A DNA stretch of 64,000 nt from Zootoca vivipara (taxonomy: Eukaryota). Location of the stretch: contig NC_083288.1 of the NCBI RefSeq assembly GCF_963506605.1, positions 28,024,001 to 28,088,000 on the forward strand, read 5' to 3'. The notes under the pieces are model-generated. The model was not told the origin of the DNA. It was given only the letters and a program-made list of their open reading frames with translations, and made no database searches. Both the position numbers and the translations under genes were made by a program. Positions 13,501 to 24,158 of this stretch are shown here, piece after piece; position 1 is the stretch's first letter, and each line of letters starts with the position of its first letter.

Positions 13501-14155
13501 CCTTTGCTCCTTGCTGTTCATTGGACGACCCAGCAAGGTGACCTGCCTTCTTCGACAAGCTACCTTTGGAAACATATTCTCTCTTGCACTTTCCTGTGTC
13601 CTGGCTAAGACCATCATTGTGGTTGTGGCATTTATGGCCACGAGGCCTGGAAGCAAGATGAGGAAATGGGTGGGCAAAAGACTATCCAACTATTTTATCC
13701 TTTTTGGCTCTCTTGTTCAAGTTGGCATCTGTTCTTTCTGGCTCTTCACTTCTCCCCCATTCCCGGACCTCGATATGATCACACAGCCTGAGGAGATTGT
13801 GTTGCAATGTAATGAAGGCTCAGATGCCATGTTTTACACGGTCCTGGGTTACATGGGCTTTCAGGCCAGTGTCAGCTTCACGGTGGCCTTCCTAGCCAGG
13901 AAACTGCCTGACAGTTTCAATGAAGCCAAGTTTATCACCTTCAGCATGTTGGTCTTCTGCAGTGTCTGGATTTCTTTCATTCCAGCCTATCTAAGTACCA
14001 AAGGCAAATACATGGTGGCTGTGGAGATCTTCTCCATTCTGGCCTCAAGTGCTGGGTTGCTGGGTTGCATATTTCTCCCTAAAATGTATATCATTATTTT
14101 GAAGCCAGAAATGAACACTAGGGACCAATTCTTTAGGAAAAAAGAATTTCATTAG
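4303..14155 (+). CDS. Vmn2r: Vomeronasal type-2 receptor (V2R-B), complete 6-exon gene: join(4303..4511,5540..5831,7736..8593,9521..9748,11486..11612,13248..14155) = 2622 nt, 873 aa
   Basis: All introns are GT-AG, phases are compatible and the spliced frame is open; signal peptide, Venus-flytrap domain, Cys-rich domain and 7TM domain; canonical V2R exon layout. Confidence 0.93.
5540..5831 (+). CDS. Vmn2r: V2R-B exon 2
   Basis: [24 protein letters not shown] ... LGLYKIPQ; acceptor ttttag, donor GTGGGA; 292 nt. Confidence 0.93.
6071..6311 (+). mobile_element. Sauria SINE (Squam1), 5'-truncated, in V2R intron 2
   Basis: gccaacctagcagttcgaaagcac...ggacctaatggtcaggggtccctttaacactttacc; TSD tataccRaata (6060-6070 / 6312-6322). 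Confidence 0.85.
6706..6911 (-). mobile_element. Bov-B (RTE) LINE 3' end
   Basis: [25 protein letters not shown]; (caa)n tail; 11-bp TSD catctcttcct (6695-6705 / 6912-6922). Confidence 0.92.
7736..8593 (+). CDS. Vmn2r: V2R-B exon 3
   Basis: [55 protein letters not shown]; acceptor catag, donor GTAATG. Confidence 0.93.
9521..9748 (+). CDS. Vmn2r: V2R-B exon 4
   Basis: [20 protein letters not shown] ... [15 protein letters not shown] ... IIWP; acceptor tctag, donor GTAGGT; 228 nt. Confidence 0.92.
10085..10343 (-). mobile_element. tRNA-derived SINE (Squam3-like)
   Basis: Minus-strand head gagccagtgtggtgtagtggttaagag...ggttcgcgtctcc with pol III A/B boxes; (CTT)n tail; second copy at 44931-45191. 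Confidence 0.8.
10847..11174 (+). mobile_element. Sauria SINE (Squam1), full length
   Basis: gggacgcaggtggcactgtggattaaacc head, B box gttcgaatcc, cctttacc tail; homologous to the 6071 and 20786 copies. Confidence 0.88.
11486..11612 (+). CDS. Vmn2r: V2R-B exon 5 (Cys-rich domain)
   Basis: [42 protein letters not shown], translated by hand (this frame is not in the ORF track); acceptor cttag, donor GTACGT. Confidence 0.92.
12125..12886. mobile_element. Non-autonomous hAT DNA transposon (tagggttg-type TIR) with a nested MITE
   Basis: Ends tagggttgtca ... ggcaacccta; degenerate 8-bp TSD tgcaaggg / ttcaagcg. Confidence 0.65.
12222..12461. mobile_element. Tc1/mariner-superfamily (Tc2-like) MITE nested in the hAT element
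   Basis: TIRs tacccgtgtttctcatattataagaca / tgtcttaaaatatgagaaacagggta, TA-flanked; related end at 31120. Confidence 0.7.
13248..14155 (+). CDS. Vmn2r: V2R-B exon 6 (7TM domain)
   Basis: [47 protein letters not shown]; acceptor ttacag; stop TAG. Confidence 0.95.
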
Positions 14156-14440
14156 GGTTGCCATATCTTGAAGAGCAAAAAAGAGAACAGCCTGAGCCAC
14201 TGCCAGCCTGAGCTGGGGAAAGAGGTGTGCGGGTGCACTTGGCTGTTGCTCCACCTGTGCACCTCTTTCCCCAGCTCAGGCTGGCAGCAGCTGCAAAATG
14301 CAGAGCAGCCCAAGTCCAAGCCCTAGCTGCCCAAGCCACCTGAGCCCCCAACCTCCCTGACATCTCCTTTAAAATGTAAAAATCCACATGGAAGGACATG
14401 TTGGACATGTCTATGTTTTCCTGGACGTATTGCAACCCTA
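14153..14440. mobile_element. hAT MITE inserted at the V2R-B stop codon
   Basis: TIR tagggttgc / gcaacccta; 7-8 bp duplication atttcat(t) / attttat(t); absent from the paralogous site at ~409-420. Confidence 0.85.
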
Positions 14441-14600
14441 ATTTTATTGAACCATAGAGAGAATTATTTTGCAGTGATACCAGTTGTTTCCAGCAATGAG
14501 CAGCAAGTTGACAAGACATTGCCCAGAAGTGAACTATATAGTGATTGTGCTGACCCGTATAACCTCCTATGTGCTTATCTGAGAATAATTACGTGTTCAG

Positions 14601-14606
14601 AATAAA
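14601..14606 (+). promoter_or_regulatory. Probable polyadenylation signal of V2R-B
   Basis: AATAAA at the position homologous to AATAAA 553-558 of V2R-A. Confidence 0.5.
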
Positions 14607-15199
14607 AACTGTGAGAACAGCAAGTACATTTCATTTCATTTACAGTGTCATACTTCCTGACTATCTGCTTAATTGACAATAGGCATTATTTGGTACTGCC
14701 GGGGTGGGGTGGGAGGATATTCAATGTCAAAATATGATTTCCACCCACATCTATGATGTTGTTGGATCTCCTTTTGTATCAGCCTAAAACCACACTGTAG
14801 AGATGAAGAAGATACAGGAGATGACAATTAAATGTGCACCTTGGTCATCTACCTTATGAGAAAAGTGTCTGTGAAGGCAGGTCCCTTTAATTTCAGAAAT
14901 AGGGACTGCTTTTGCTGAAAACTGAAGGTATTCAATACTAGTTATAATTAGAGTGGACCCCCTTAAGTTAATAGACAAGGCTAACATGTTCATTCATTTC
15001 CGTGGGTTTACTCTGAGTACACCACCTTAATTTAATTAATTCATTTCTTATGTTTAACAATACTATCCTATTAGAGCAGGTTTATAACCAATGTCGACAA
15101 ATATTGCAATACAGGATTTCAAGTTGAGGCTTCAGTTGCAACCCCACTTACCTAAGAGTGAGCCACACTGAATCCAATTCTACTTACTTCTAAGACATT

Positions 15200-15424
15200 A
15201 TAATTATTACTATTACTCTTATTATTAATACCCCACTCATCTGCTTGGGTTTCCCCAGCCACTCTGGGTGACTTACAGCATATATAAAACATAGTAAAAT
15301 ATCAAACATAAAAAAACGCAAAACAGGGCTGCTTTCAGGTGTCTTCTAAAAGTTACGTAGTTCTTTATCTCCTTGACATCTGAAGGGATGTTCCATAGGG
15401 AAGGCACCAGTACTGAGAAGGCCT
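15200..15424 (-). mobile_element. L2-type LINE 3' fragment
   Basis: Reverse complement of the L2 3' end at 28150-28360 (ccccagccactctggg, ttctaaaagtt, ccttgacatctga). Confidence 0.65.
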
Positions 15425-15760
15425 TAGGAGTTTGCTGTTAGGAGTCTGCTGAAAATCTCTTTAAATTCATTTTTTTTAAAAAAAACACCAAAAAGCAAGG
15501 GTGACAGGAGGGGAGGGCATCAACTGGCTGCTAGGGTTGGCTGAGAAGAAGATGACAGGGGCTATAGAGGAAACATAAGGGAATGGTGCAGTCTTTTCAC
15601 TGAGAATCAGGCTTAACCTCCGTAGGTGAGAGTAGGATGCCTACCATGTTTTCATCTTCAAAAGCTTGTTGGGACATCTCTCTTATTTCTCTCAATTTCT
15701 GAATGTCTTGTTTGGCTCCTGAACTCTTGTCTCCTACTCCTTTATCTGCTGCTGAACCTA

Positions 15761-16002
15761 TACCTTGGTTCTCGAACTTAATCCATTCCAGAAGTCTGTT
15801 CGCGACTCCCAAAACCATTCAAAAACCAAGCCGCGGCTTCCAATTGGCTGCAGGAGCTTCCGGCACTCAACTGAAAGCCGCGGAAGTCAGATGTTTGGCT
15901 TCCCCAAAATATTTGCAAACAGGCACACTTATTTCTGGGTTTGCGGCATTCAGGAGCCAATTTGTTCAGGAGCCAAGCCATTTGGGAACCAAGGTACCAC
16001 TG
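15761..16002. mobile_element. Tigger/pogo-like MITE with partial left TIR
   Basis: taccttggtt ... aaccaaggtaccactg + TA; same TIR family as 42934 and 50405. Confidence 0.7.
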
Positions 16003-18120
16003 TACTGTTGAGCCTATACTATTACTTGCCTGAATTAAGATCTATTTTATTCATAAATAATGTATTTTGTTGTTATATTTTGAGACTATGAGTATGGAGA
16101 GACAATTAAAGGGGGAAAGTGGTGTTTGAAAGCAACAGGAGACGTCTGAATAGATTGGGAAGAAAACATTGGGTTAAACTTTGGGTTGTTTGGTTTTTTT
16201 GAAAAGATACCGGTAACCTTTACTTGCTTGCCTAGATATTGTTTTCTCGTCATTTAAAAACACATGAATACATTTAATTCTCTCTAGGCTAAATTGTTCA
16301 AAACCCAAGAGACATGCAGTCTTGGAGATACTAATCCTACTAATAATTGATATCACAGGCAGTGATCACTGCTTTGGAATAAAAGTACACCGCTTATGAT
16401 GATTTCTCCTATAGTTTATTTCATTGCATGTTGTAAACAACTATTATAACATATCTGAATTAATTTACAATAGTCCTTGCTTATGAATTTCTTTTTGGGC
16501 AATAGACACAAAGGACAAAAACAGACCCTGAACTCCATGTGACAATTTTAAGCCTGTACTATACAGTAAGTCTGTTGCATTTTTTGTTTCAGTGTGTTAA
16601 TTTGGTTTGCAATGACTCAGATCTGGGGTTTAATTTCATTTTTATCATCATCATCATCATTTATTATTGGCCAAGTACATTTTCCAACATACTTGAAATT
16701 TGTTTCGGTTACATTGCAATGTAAACATAGACACACTGTTTTTTTCATTATTCCTTTTGTCGCCCCCCCCCACTCCATCAAGATGTTTGTCCTTCATAGT
16801 CCTGTGAGATGGACTTATTTATTTATTTAAAATAATAAAATTAATCTAAACATATCAGTAAATGTTAGGCATTCAAATTGCCTAAGGCTAAGAAACTCAG
16901 GATGCAGTCCAGCCAAAATAAGTGTATGGTTAACTTCCTCCTATTGAAATCTATGAACCAAGGAGAAGAATTATATTGTAATATATCCTGGGATGAGTGG
17001 GGTTAGAATCCAGCACTTGTCTGGCTGAGCTGAGGGTTACCTAGCATAGCAAGGCAATGACAGCATAACTCCCCATTCCTGGCTTAGCTGGAGATACACT
17101 GCTGTATCTACCCAGGTGAGCCAAGCCCAGCAGATCTTAAGTCAACATAAATAGTGAAAAGGGGGCATTCCAGGGCATTCCAGGACCAGTGAGGAGGATG
17201 AGGCTGGATCCCAGGCTCATATGACATGGCAACCTTGCAAAAGTTAAGCCGGCAGATAGGGTGGTGTAACTTAAACCCTATTCTAAACCCCTCTGCAAGT
17301 CTTAGGCAGGGTCAGCCTGCAGGAACCCATCTCCTGAACAGAGTTTGGATCTGGTAAAACCTACACCAGTTTAACTTATGCCTGGCTTACTTTATGCCAG
17401 TTTCTTGTGCATAGGATTGTTCCTAAAGACATCTTTAGTTTTATTATGTCACCCCAAATACATTTTTTAAAAAATTGCAACACATCACTTCTACTGAAAA
17501 TATTCTGGTGTCTCAATAAACTTGCTTAGAATTATGGCACAATTCTATGCAGATTTACTTGCAAAGTCCTATTCAGTTCAATATACATGCCTTGAACGTG
17601 CCATTGAATTGCAGCCTGAGAATATTATTAATAACAAACAAACCTGTCAACAATTCAACAAAAGTATCTTTGGACACATTCTTCCTCCTTGACTTTCAAT
17701 TTATTTGCATAACATTTCAGCTACAGATTTTGTATCCCAGCCTTCAGTTATTGGAGAGGAGATGGAAATGAAAATGCTTCTTGCCAACGAAGATACAATA
17801 ATACTGAAGTGCTACTGAAGAGTTTATTAATTTATTTTATTACAATTGTATACCCACTTTCAAAAAGAATTGTATACCCACTTTCAAAAATAATTTCCAC
17901 ATCTGTATTACTATTTTGCACTAGGTTAAACTTCATATTATCTCCATGCTTCCATTAGAGAAATATAGGAAGCTGTCTTATATGGAGTCAAACTATTGAT
18001 CTATCAAGCTAAGTATTATATACAATGCCAAACAGTTTCAGAAAGGATTCTTTCCCAGCACCACCTGGAGAGATCAGGAATTGGTAAAGCAGGTGCTCTA
18101 CCATTGTGCAATGGCTTCTC

Positions 18121-18759
18121 TTTTTAAAAACAAAACAAAAAACTTTATTGAGATTTTAATTAAAACATATCAAATCATAACAAAACAAATTGAAACAAAT
18201 CAACTCAAAATATAAAAATTCATACAGATATCATACTTCCAAATTTACATCTGAAAAGTAATTGATATCTAATACATAATTTGACTAAACCTTCCTGTCT
18301 AGTCTTTTCCTCTATGACATCCAAATAAAAAACACTTAATATTTCTCCTAAACAGATAAATTTTCCTCCTTTTCCATGTACTTCCTCTTGCCTTGATCTT
18401 GGTCTCTTTAAGCTTTTGATTGATTACTGCTTCCCTCACCCAATGTTTCACCTGTGTTTCCTTTTGTTTTATAATCTTTACCTGCAGTACTGGTCTCTAG
18501 AAATGAATCCAGGATTTTAATGTGGGACATTGTTGCTTCATATAATTTCCGAATCCCCCCCCCCAATTTTGTTCAAAATTCTGTTTACTGCCGCCTCTAA
18601 TCGAATTGGTTAATTTTGCTAAATCTACATATCCAAATCATTTTTCCTGCCACTCATCAATTTTTGGTATATCTTGTCTTTTCCAATACGTGGCTATTAA
18701 TATTCTTGCGGCTGCAGTTGCGTATAAGAATATTTTTTGATCCTGGTTTTTTTTTATCC
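18121..18759 (-). mobile_element. L1-clade LINE 3' end (ORF2 C-terminus plus 3'UTR)
   Basis: Minus strand KIFLYATAAARILIATYWKRQDIPKIDEWQEK matches the ORF2 end near 54810; AATAAA and A/T-rich tail; 16-bp TSD tgtgcaatggcttctc (18105-18120 / 18760-18775). Confidence 0.88.
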
Positions 18760-19049
18760 TGTGCAATGGCTTCTCATAGAAATGCCACATCCAGAAATGT
18801 TGTTTTCAGCTGTAAAAAAAAGAAATCTTTAACTGTTTTAGCCACACAAAAACCCAAATAAACCCTATGAAATTTTGCACTTTGCAAAATTCTGCTGGAA
18901 CATTTTGTCTATAAATTGGTTCTATAATTCTATGATTGCAGCATCTGTTCTAACTTTTTATTATTTCCATTTTCAAATTCATATTTTCAATACAAAATAA
19001 AAAAAATTCCTTCAGTAGCACCTTAATGACCAACTAAGTTTATATTTTG

Positions 19050-19087
19050 GTATGAGCTTTCGTGTGCAAGCACACTTCTTCAGATAT
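19050..19087 (-). ncRNA. Minimal type I hammerhead ribozyme motif in a Penelope-like fragment (~19000-19087)
   Basis: Minus strand atat-CTGAAGA-a-GTGTGCttGCACAC-GAAA-gc-TC-atac. Confidence 0.7.
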
Positions 19088-19294
19088 TTTCAATAGTTTA
19101 TCAATACCCACCCACACCCTTTCTGTGTTTGTGAACAAGCTTGCACATTAATGAAAGAAGAGGATAGGGACAAAGCCAAGAGTGTCTTGCATAGTTTGGT
19201 GATAGTTTGGGATTAAAAAAAATAGTTTGGGATTTTAAAAAACAAGAAGACAAGACATTGTAATACTGTTTGTTTGTTTGTTTGTTGTTTGTAG

Positions 19295-20284
19295 ATGCAA
19301 GAATACTGGTTTGTGGAACCTCTGAACCATACCATAGTGACAACGTTCATTATTCTGGGCTTCCCTAATACTAGGAAGGTGGAAATTGTGCTCTTTTTTC
19401 TCTTCCTTGCTATGTACCTTCTTACAATGACTGGCAACATAATCATAATCATAACAGTTAAGACAGACAGCCACCTTCAAACCCCCATGTACTTCTTTCT
19501 GGGAAACCTCTCTTTCTTGGACATTGGCTATACATCTTCAACAGTCCCTAAGCTGCTGTCTATCTTGTTGATGGGGGTGCACACAATTTCCTTTGCTGCC
19601 TGTTTGCTACAGTCCTACTTCTTCTTTTTTCTTGGGACAGCTGAGTGCTTCCTCCTTGCAGTGATGGCCTATGACCGATATGTGGCCATATGCTATCCGC
19701 TCAGATATTCAACAATCATGAATAAAAGAGTGTGTGTGTTTCTCGTGGTTGCCTGCTGGGCAGGAGGCTGTCTGGCCCCTATGGTAGCTGCCATAGTGGT
19801 GGTGAATTTACCCTTTTGTGGGCCCAACGTGATAAACCATTTCTTTTGTGATATTCCACCATTACTAAAACTGGCTTGCGTAGACACATCTCTTACACAG
19901 AAGATTGTATTCTTCCTTTCTGCTGTGGTGATTCTGAGCACGTTCCTGTCCACTGTTGTCTCCTATATATACATTAGCATAACCATATTGAGAATACCTT
20001 CCTCACATGGGCGCCGCAAGGCTTTCTCCACTTGTGCCTCCCATCTTACTGTCGTCTCTCTATATTATGGGACGGTGATCTTCATGTATGTAAGCCCAAC
20101 TACTCGTTCATCTTTTGACCTGAACAAAATCATAGCTGTGGTGTACAGTGTCGTTACTCCAATGCTCAACCCTATGATCTACACGTTGAGGAATAAGGAT
20201 ATGAAAGCAGCACTGAAAAAAATAATCCTCAAAGTGCAGATTGCTAAGAAGAAGCTTGATTTCTCCAGTGAATTCAGTCGCTGA
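19295..20284 (+). CDS. Olfactory receptor, family 6-like, intact (329 aa)
   Basis: [72 protein letters not shown]. Confidence 0.92.
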   Translation: MQEYWFVEPLNHTIVTTFIILGFPNTRKVEIVLFFLFLAMYLLTMTGNIIIIITVKTDSHLQTPMYFFLGNLSFLDIGYTSSTVPKLLSILLMGVHTISFAACLLQSYFFFFLGTAECFLLAVMAYDRYVAICYPLRYSTIMNKRVCVFLVVACWAGGCLAPMVAAIVVVNLPFCGPNVINHFFCDIPPLLKLACVDTSLTQKIVFFLSAVVILSTFLSTVVSYIYISITILRIPSSHGRRKAFSTCASHLTVVSLYYGTVIFMYVSPTTRSSFDLNKIIAVVYSVVTPMLNPMIYTLRNKDMKAALKKIILKVQIAKKKLDFSSEFSR

Positions 20285-20785
20285 GAAAATTATGTCTGCA
20301 ATGGTGAAAATGGAACATCATAGGCACCAGACGGGTGGATTTGCATCCAGGGATGGGCATATAAGTCTATTTCCGCTCTATGTAACTTTAGCATGTGTGT
20401 GATCCAACTCATCTCATTGCCACATCAGTCTACAGCTTCTTTTTAATTTAAATAGAAATATCCAATAAAATACGTTTGCATTCAGATTTTTCTCAACAAA
20501 ATAATTTTTTTAAAACATGCATGTTATTTGTTGTTTGAGCAGAGAACAGTGTCAAAATATATGGGAAGTATGAACACTGGTAATCATCATATTCAATCTG
20601 AAGTGAACAGGACAGAGTGAACTAAAAAGTAGCTCCCAAGTATTAAGAATCATTGACTTCTTCTCCAACATGCCCATAACAAAAGAATTAATAGTGGAAT
20701 ATGCAATTATCAATTTCCTTGGCCAATTTTTCTTCTTCCCTATCATTATCTGATGCAATAATTAAAGGGGGTCTACAAGTAACTT

Positions 20786-21133
20786 GGGACGTGGTTGGCG
20801 CTGTGGGTTAAACCACAGAGCCTAGGGCTTGCTGATCAGAAGGTCAGCGGTTCGAATACCTGTGACGGGGTGAGCTCCTGTTGCTCGGTCCAAGCTCCTG
20901 CCCACCTAGCAGTTCAAAAGCACACCAAAGTGTAAGTAGATAAATAGGTACCGCTACAGCGGGAAGGCATTTCCGTGTGCTGCTCTGGTTCACCAGAAGC
21001 GGCTTTGTCATGCTGGCCACATGACCTGGAAGCTGTATGCTTGCTCCCTCGGCCAATAACGCGAGATGAGCACCACAACCCCAGAGTTGGTCACGACTGG
21101 ACCTAATGGTCAGGGGTCCTGTTACCTTTACCT
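20786..21133 (+). mobile_element. Sauria SINE (Squam1), full length
   Basis: Head gggacgtggttggcgctgtgggttaaacc; tail acctttacct; 12-bp TSD tacaagtaactt. Confidence 0.9.
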
Positions 21134-21504
21134 TACAAGTAACTTCCTCTAAGCTACTTCAAGTCTTGCACTGAGTTTCTAAACTGAAATGGAGCTGATT
21201 TTATGAATGTTATTAATGATGTATACAGTATATTAATTTGCTTTGTTTTTCATTTTAAAATTATTCTTTTTTATAAGCATTAGGTACTCTTCAACTTTAT
21301 ATACCTTTGCACTTTCACACTTTCACACCCACCCATACCCATGTTTCTACATCTTACTGGGAGGTTTAGGGGATGGGGAGAGGTGGCAATGAGGTTATTA
21401 GCAAGCTTGGTGTGTTTGCTTGGAAATGGCAGCTGGGTACTCGAACACACTCTCAGTTCACATTGGAAAAGGCCCTCTTAGCAAGTCAGAATCCCATGTA
21501 AACA

Positions 21505-22270
21505 TGCCGTAGAAGGAGGGGGGTTGTGGGCGCCATGAGGCCCTCACATGCTGGGGGGATGGTTGCCAGCCCCCCCAGCCCATTGGCTAGCTCCCGGTCG
21601 GGCGCTCCCTTGGCGCGTCCAATCCGGACATTCCAAGGGGGCGTGGCTCACTGATTTAAGCGAGCGTGGCCGGGAGTCTGCTTCTCTTTCCTGGACCCCC
21701 CAGCTGCTTCGTTTTCCTGCCCACCCTCCCTTTGGGCAAGGCTCTCCTTTTGACATTGCTATGGACCTCGGTTGGTTGCCGTTGAGGGGCCTGGTAGGAA
21801 TTTTCCCACTTGGCAAATTGGCTCTGGCCTGGTGGTTTTCGCCTACCTCGTAGCAACTTGTCACAACTTTGGTTTTTTGGCGGTAGGCATTGGATTATCT
21901 CTGAGAGGTTACAGTTATGGGGGGGGGAGGTTGCTGCCATCACCGCCCCCAAAATGTGGAAGGGTACTCCCTTAAGGAATCCAGGGGCGTGGCCATGTCT
22001 GAAGCAGTGGTAGGTGAGGGCCTAAGGCACGCCCCCTAGTGGTGGCCCCAGGGTGAGTTCCTAGTTGATCTGCATCGCAGGGCTCACCCAACGGTGGTTC
22101 ACCCTTCACAGACTGCCAGCAGAGCGGGCTGGAGTCGGATATAGACGGTTAGAGAGCCAATACCTCTCTACACCTGTAATCAATAAAGTTGTGGCCTTTT
22201 ACGCCCATTAAATTTATGCAGTGTGTCCTGTGTCTTTATTTATTCTGGGAGGGATTGGGGTATCGCCACA
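21505..22270 (+). mobile_element. GC-rich LTR-like element (solo LTR or DIRS/Ngaro-type terminal repeat)
   Basis: TG...CA ends, CCAAT boxes, GGGGCGTGG, TATA-like atttaa, AATAAA near 22182, CpG-rich; no clean TSD found. Confidence 0.5.
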
Positions 22271-22334
22271 CAAATCCAGCATACTTTGATATGCACCAAA
22301 GGGGATTCATCACAAACAAATGAATATAATTTTT

Positions 22335-22592
22335 TTTTCCAGAAAATAGAAAACAAGTAGGAACAGGTATGTAGCTTGCAGGTGTTTCTGGAAACATCTC
22401 CGTCACTTGAGGGACAGGTAACCTCAGTGGCTAGGAAGGCCTGTGCCTGGGTTTGGCTGATGTGATAACTGTGGTCATTTCTGGATAATGATAGGCTAGC
22501 CATGGTTATTCATGCAGCGCCAACCTCCAAGCTGGACTTACAATGGCAATGCATTCTACATGGGACTGCCTTTGAAGATAGTCTGGAAATTG
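22335..22592 (+). mobile_element. Degraded L2 LINE ORF2 fragment
   Basis: Remnant of QVTSVARKA ... LAMVIHA ... SKLD ... NAFYMGLPLKIVWKL, typical of the L2 ORF2 C-terminal region. Confidence 0.6.
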
Positions 22593-23168
22593 GTAGGGCC
22601 AATATTCTCTGAGCGTGCTACCACTATCTTAAGTTACCACTGCCATTCCCTGCCTCCCAGCATTCAATACCTGAGGTTGACACCTCTCTTTGCCTAATAG
22701 TAGGGTCACTCCTTCTGATGAGATATGGGATACAGGAATTAAGCATTATCCCATGCTGAACAGGTGGTTGAATGTACAGCCCTAATATCTATACTGCACA
22801 CAGAGTAACAGCAGTTTCATGGGATCGGCTCTTATTGTCATCAATGCTATCATCCAACCGAATGACTTCAATCAAAAGAAATTAAGAAAGAAACAAGTCT
22901 TGGAAAATAATTGTAAACAAGAAAACAAGTTGATTAATAAAAAATAATATTTTACAATAAAAGTTCATTACATGCTCTATTCCCCATTTAATTCCTGTAC
23001 CCTTCAAGTGGTTGGATATATATTTTCCTAAAAAATGAAGATATTTTTTGAAAATAATTATAACATAAATTTATATAAGATATAAAGCTGATAAAAGAAA
23101 GCCCATTCATACATCTAAATCACCATTTTATATCATAGCCATCAAGTCATGCACATGCCAGATCTATG

Positions 23169-24158
23169 TTAATGGTCAACAAATAATATTGTGTTCTGGG
23201 CAAATATTCTCCTGCACAATGTCCTTTTCAAAGCACCTTTCACCTCTTTGTTTCTCAGGCTATAGATGATTGGATTTAACATGGGTGTGATGACTGTATA
23301 GGAGAGGGAGAGGATCTTCTTTGTATCTGGTGAGTAACTGGATTTGGGCCGGAAATAGGTAGATGTAGCTGTACCGTAAAACAAAGTAACCACTACGAGA
23401 TGAGATGAACATGTAGAGAAGGCTTTATGTCGTCCCTCTGCTGAAGGCATGCTCAGGATAGTGGTGATGATGCGAACATATGTGAGGAGAATCAAGAGGA
23501 AGGGAAACATGATGAAGAGCACAGTGGCCGTGAGAGCTTCAATTTCAAACATGTAAGTATCAGCACAAGCCAACTCTAGCACGGGGGGACTGTCGCAGAA
23601 GAAATGATTGACTTTATTAGGTCCACAAAATGGCAAACTGAAGATCCATGTGGTCTGTACAGTAGAGACAGGGAAGCCTGAGAACCATGATGCAGCAGCT
23701 AACTGGAAGCAGGTCCTTCTGTTCATAATGTCTGGATAACGTAAGGGATTGCAGATGGCAATGTAACGGTCATATGCCATGGCAGCAAGAAGACAGCACT
23801 CAGCTGCACCAAAGAAGAAGAAGAAATACATTTGTGTGGCACAGCCAGCATAGGAAATGGTCTTGTTCTCTATCAGGAAATTGACCAGCATCTTTGGGAC
23901 AATGACCAAATTGAAGCAGATCTCCAAGAAAGAAAGGTTCCGGAGAAAGAAATACATGGGGCTTTGAAGCGTAAGGTCCAAGGTTGTGACAAGAACAATG
24001 AGGACATTTCCTGACAAAGTTATTCCATAGATGATAAGGAAGAGGGTGAAAAGAGGTACCTGAAGCTCAGGGTGATTGGAAAAGCCAATAAGGATGAATT
24101 CTGTAACACTGGTCCAATTGTCTTGGGTGATTAACTTTTTCTCAATCTGTGTCATCAT
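23169..24158 (-). CDS. Olfactory receptor, OR10A-like, intact (329 aa)
   Basis: SWFSGFPVSTVQTTWIFSLPFCGPNKVNHFFCDSPPVLELACADT is characteristic of OR10A; all OR motifs present. Confidence 0.93.
   Translation of the reverse strand: MMTQIEKKLITQDNWTSVTEFILIGFSNHPELQVPLFTLFLIIYGITLSGNVLIVLVTTLDLTLQSPMYFFLRNLSFLEICFNLVIVPKMLVNFLIENKTISYAGCATQMYFFFFFGAAECCLLAAMAYDRYIAICNPLRYPDIMNRRTCFQLAAASWFSGFPVSTVQTTWIFSLPFCGPNKVNHFFCDSPPVLELACADTYMFEIEALTATVLFIMFPFLLILLTYVRIITTILSMPSAEGRHKAFSTCSSHLVVVTLFYGTATSTYFRPKSSYSPDTKKILSLSYTVITPMLNPIIYSLRNKEVKGALKRTLCRRIFAQNTILFVDH

Noticed and set aside
17844-17890. 23-bp direct repeat aattgtatacccactttcaaaaa
   Set aside because: Simple local slippage duplication with no functional evidence
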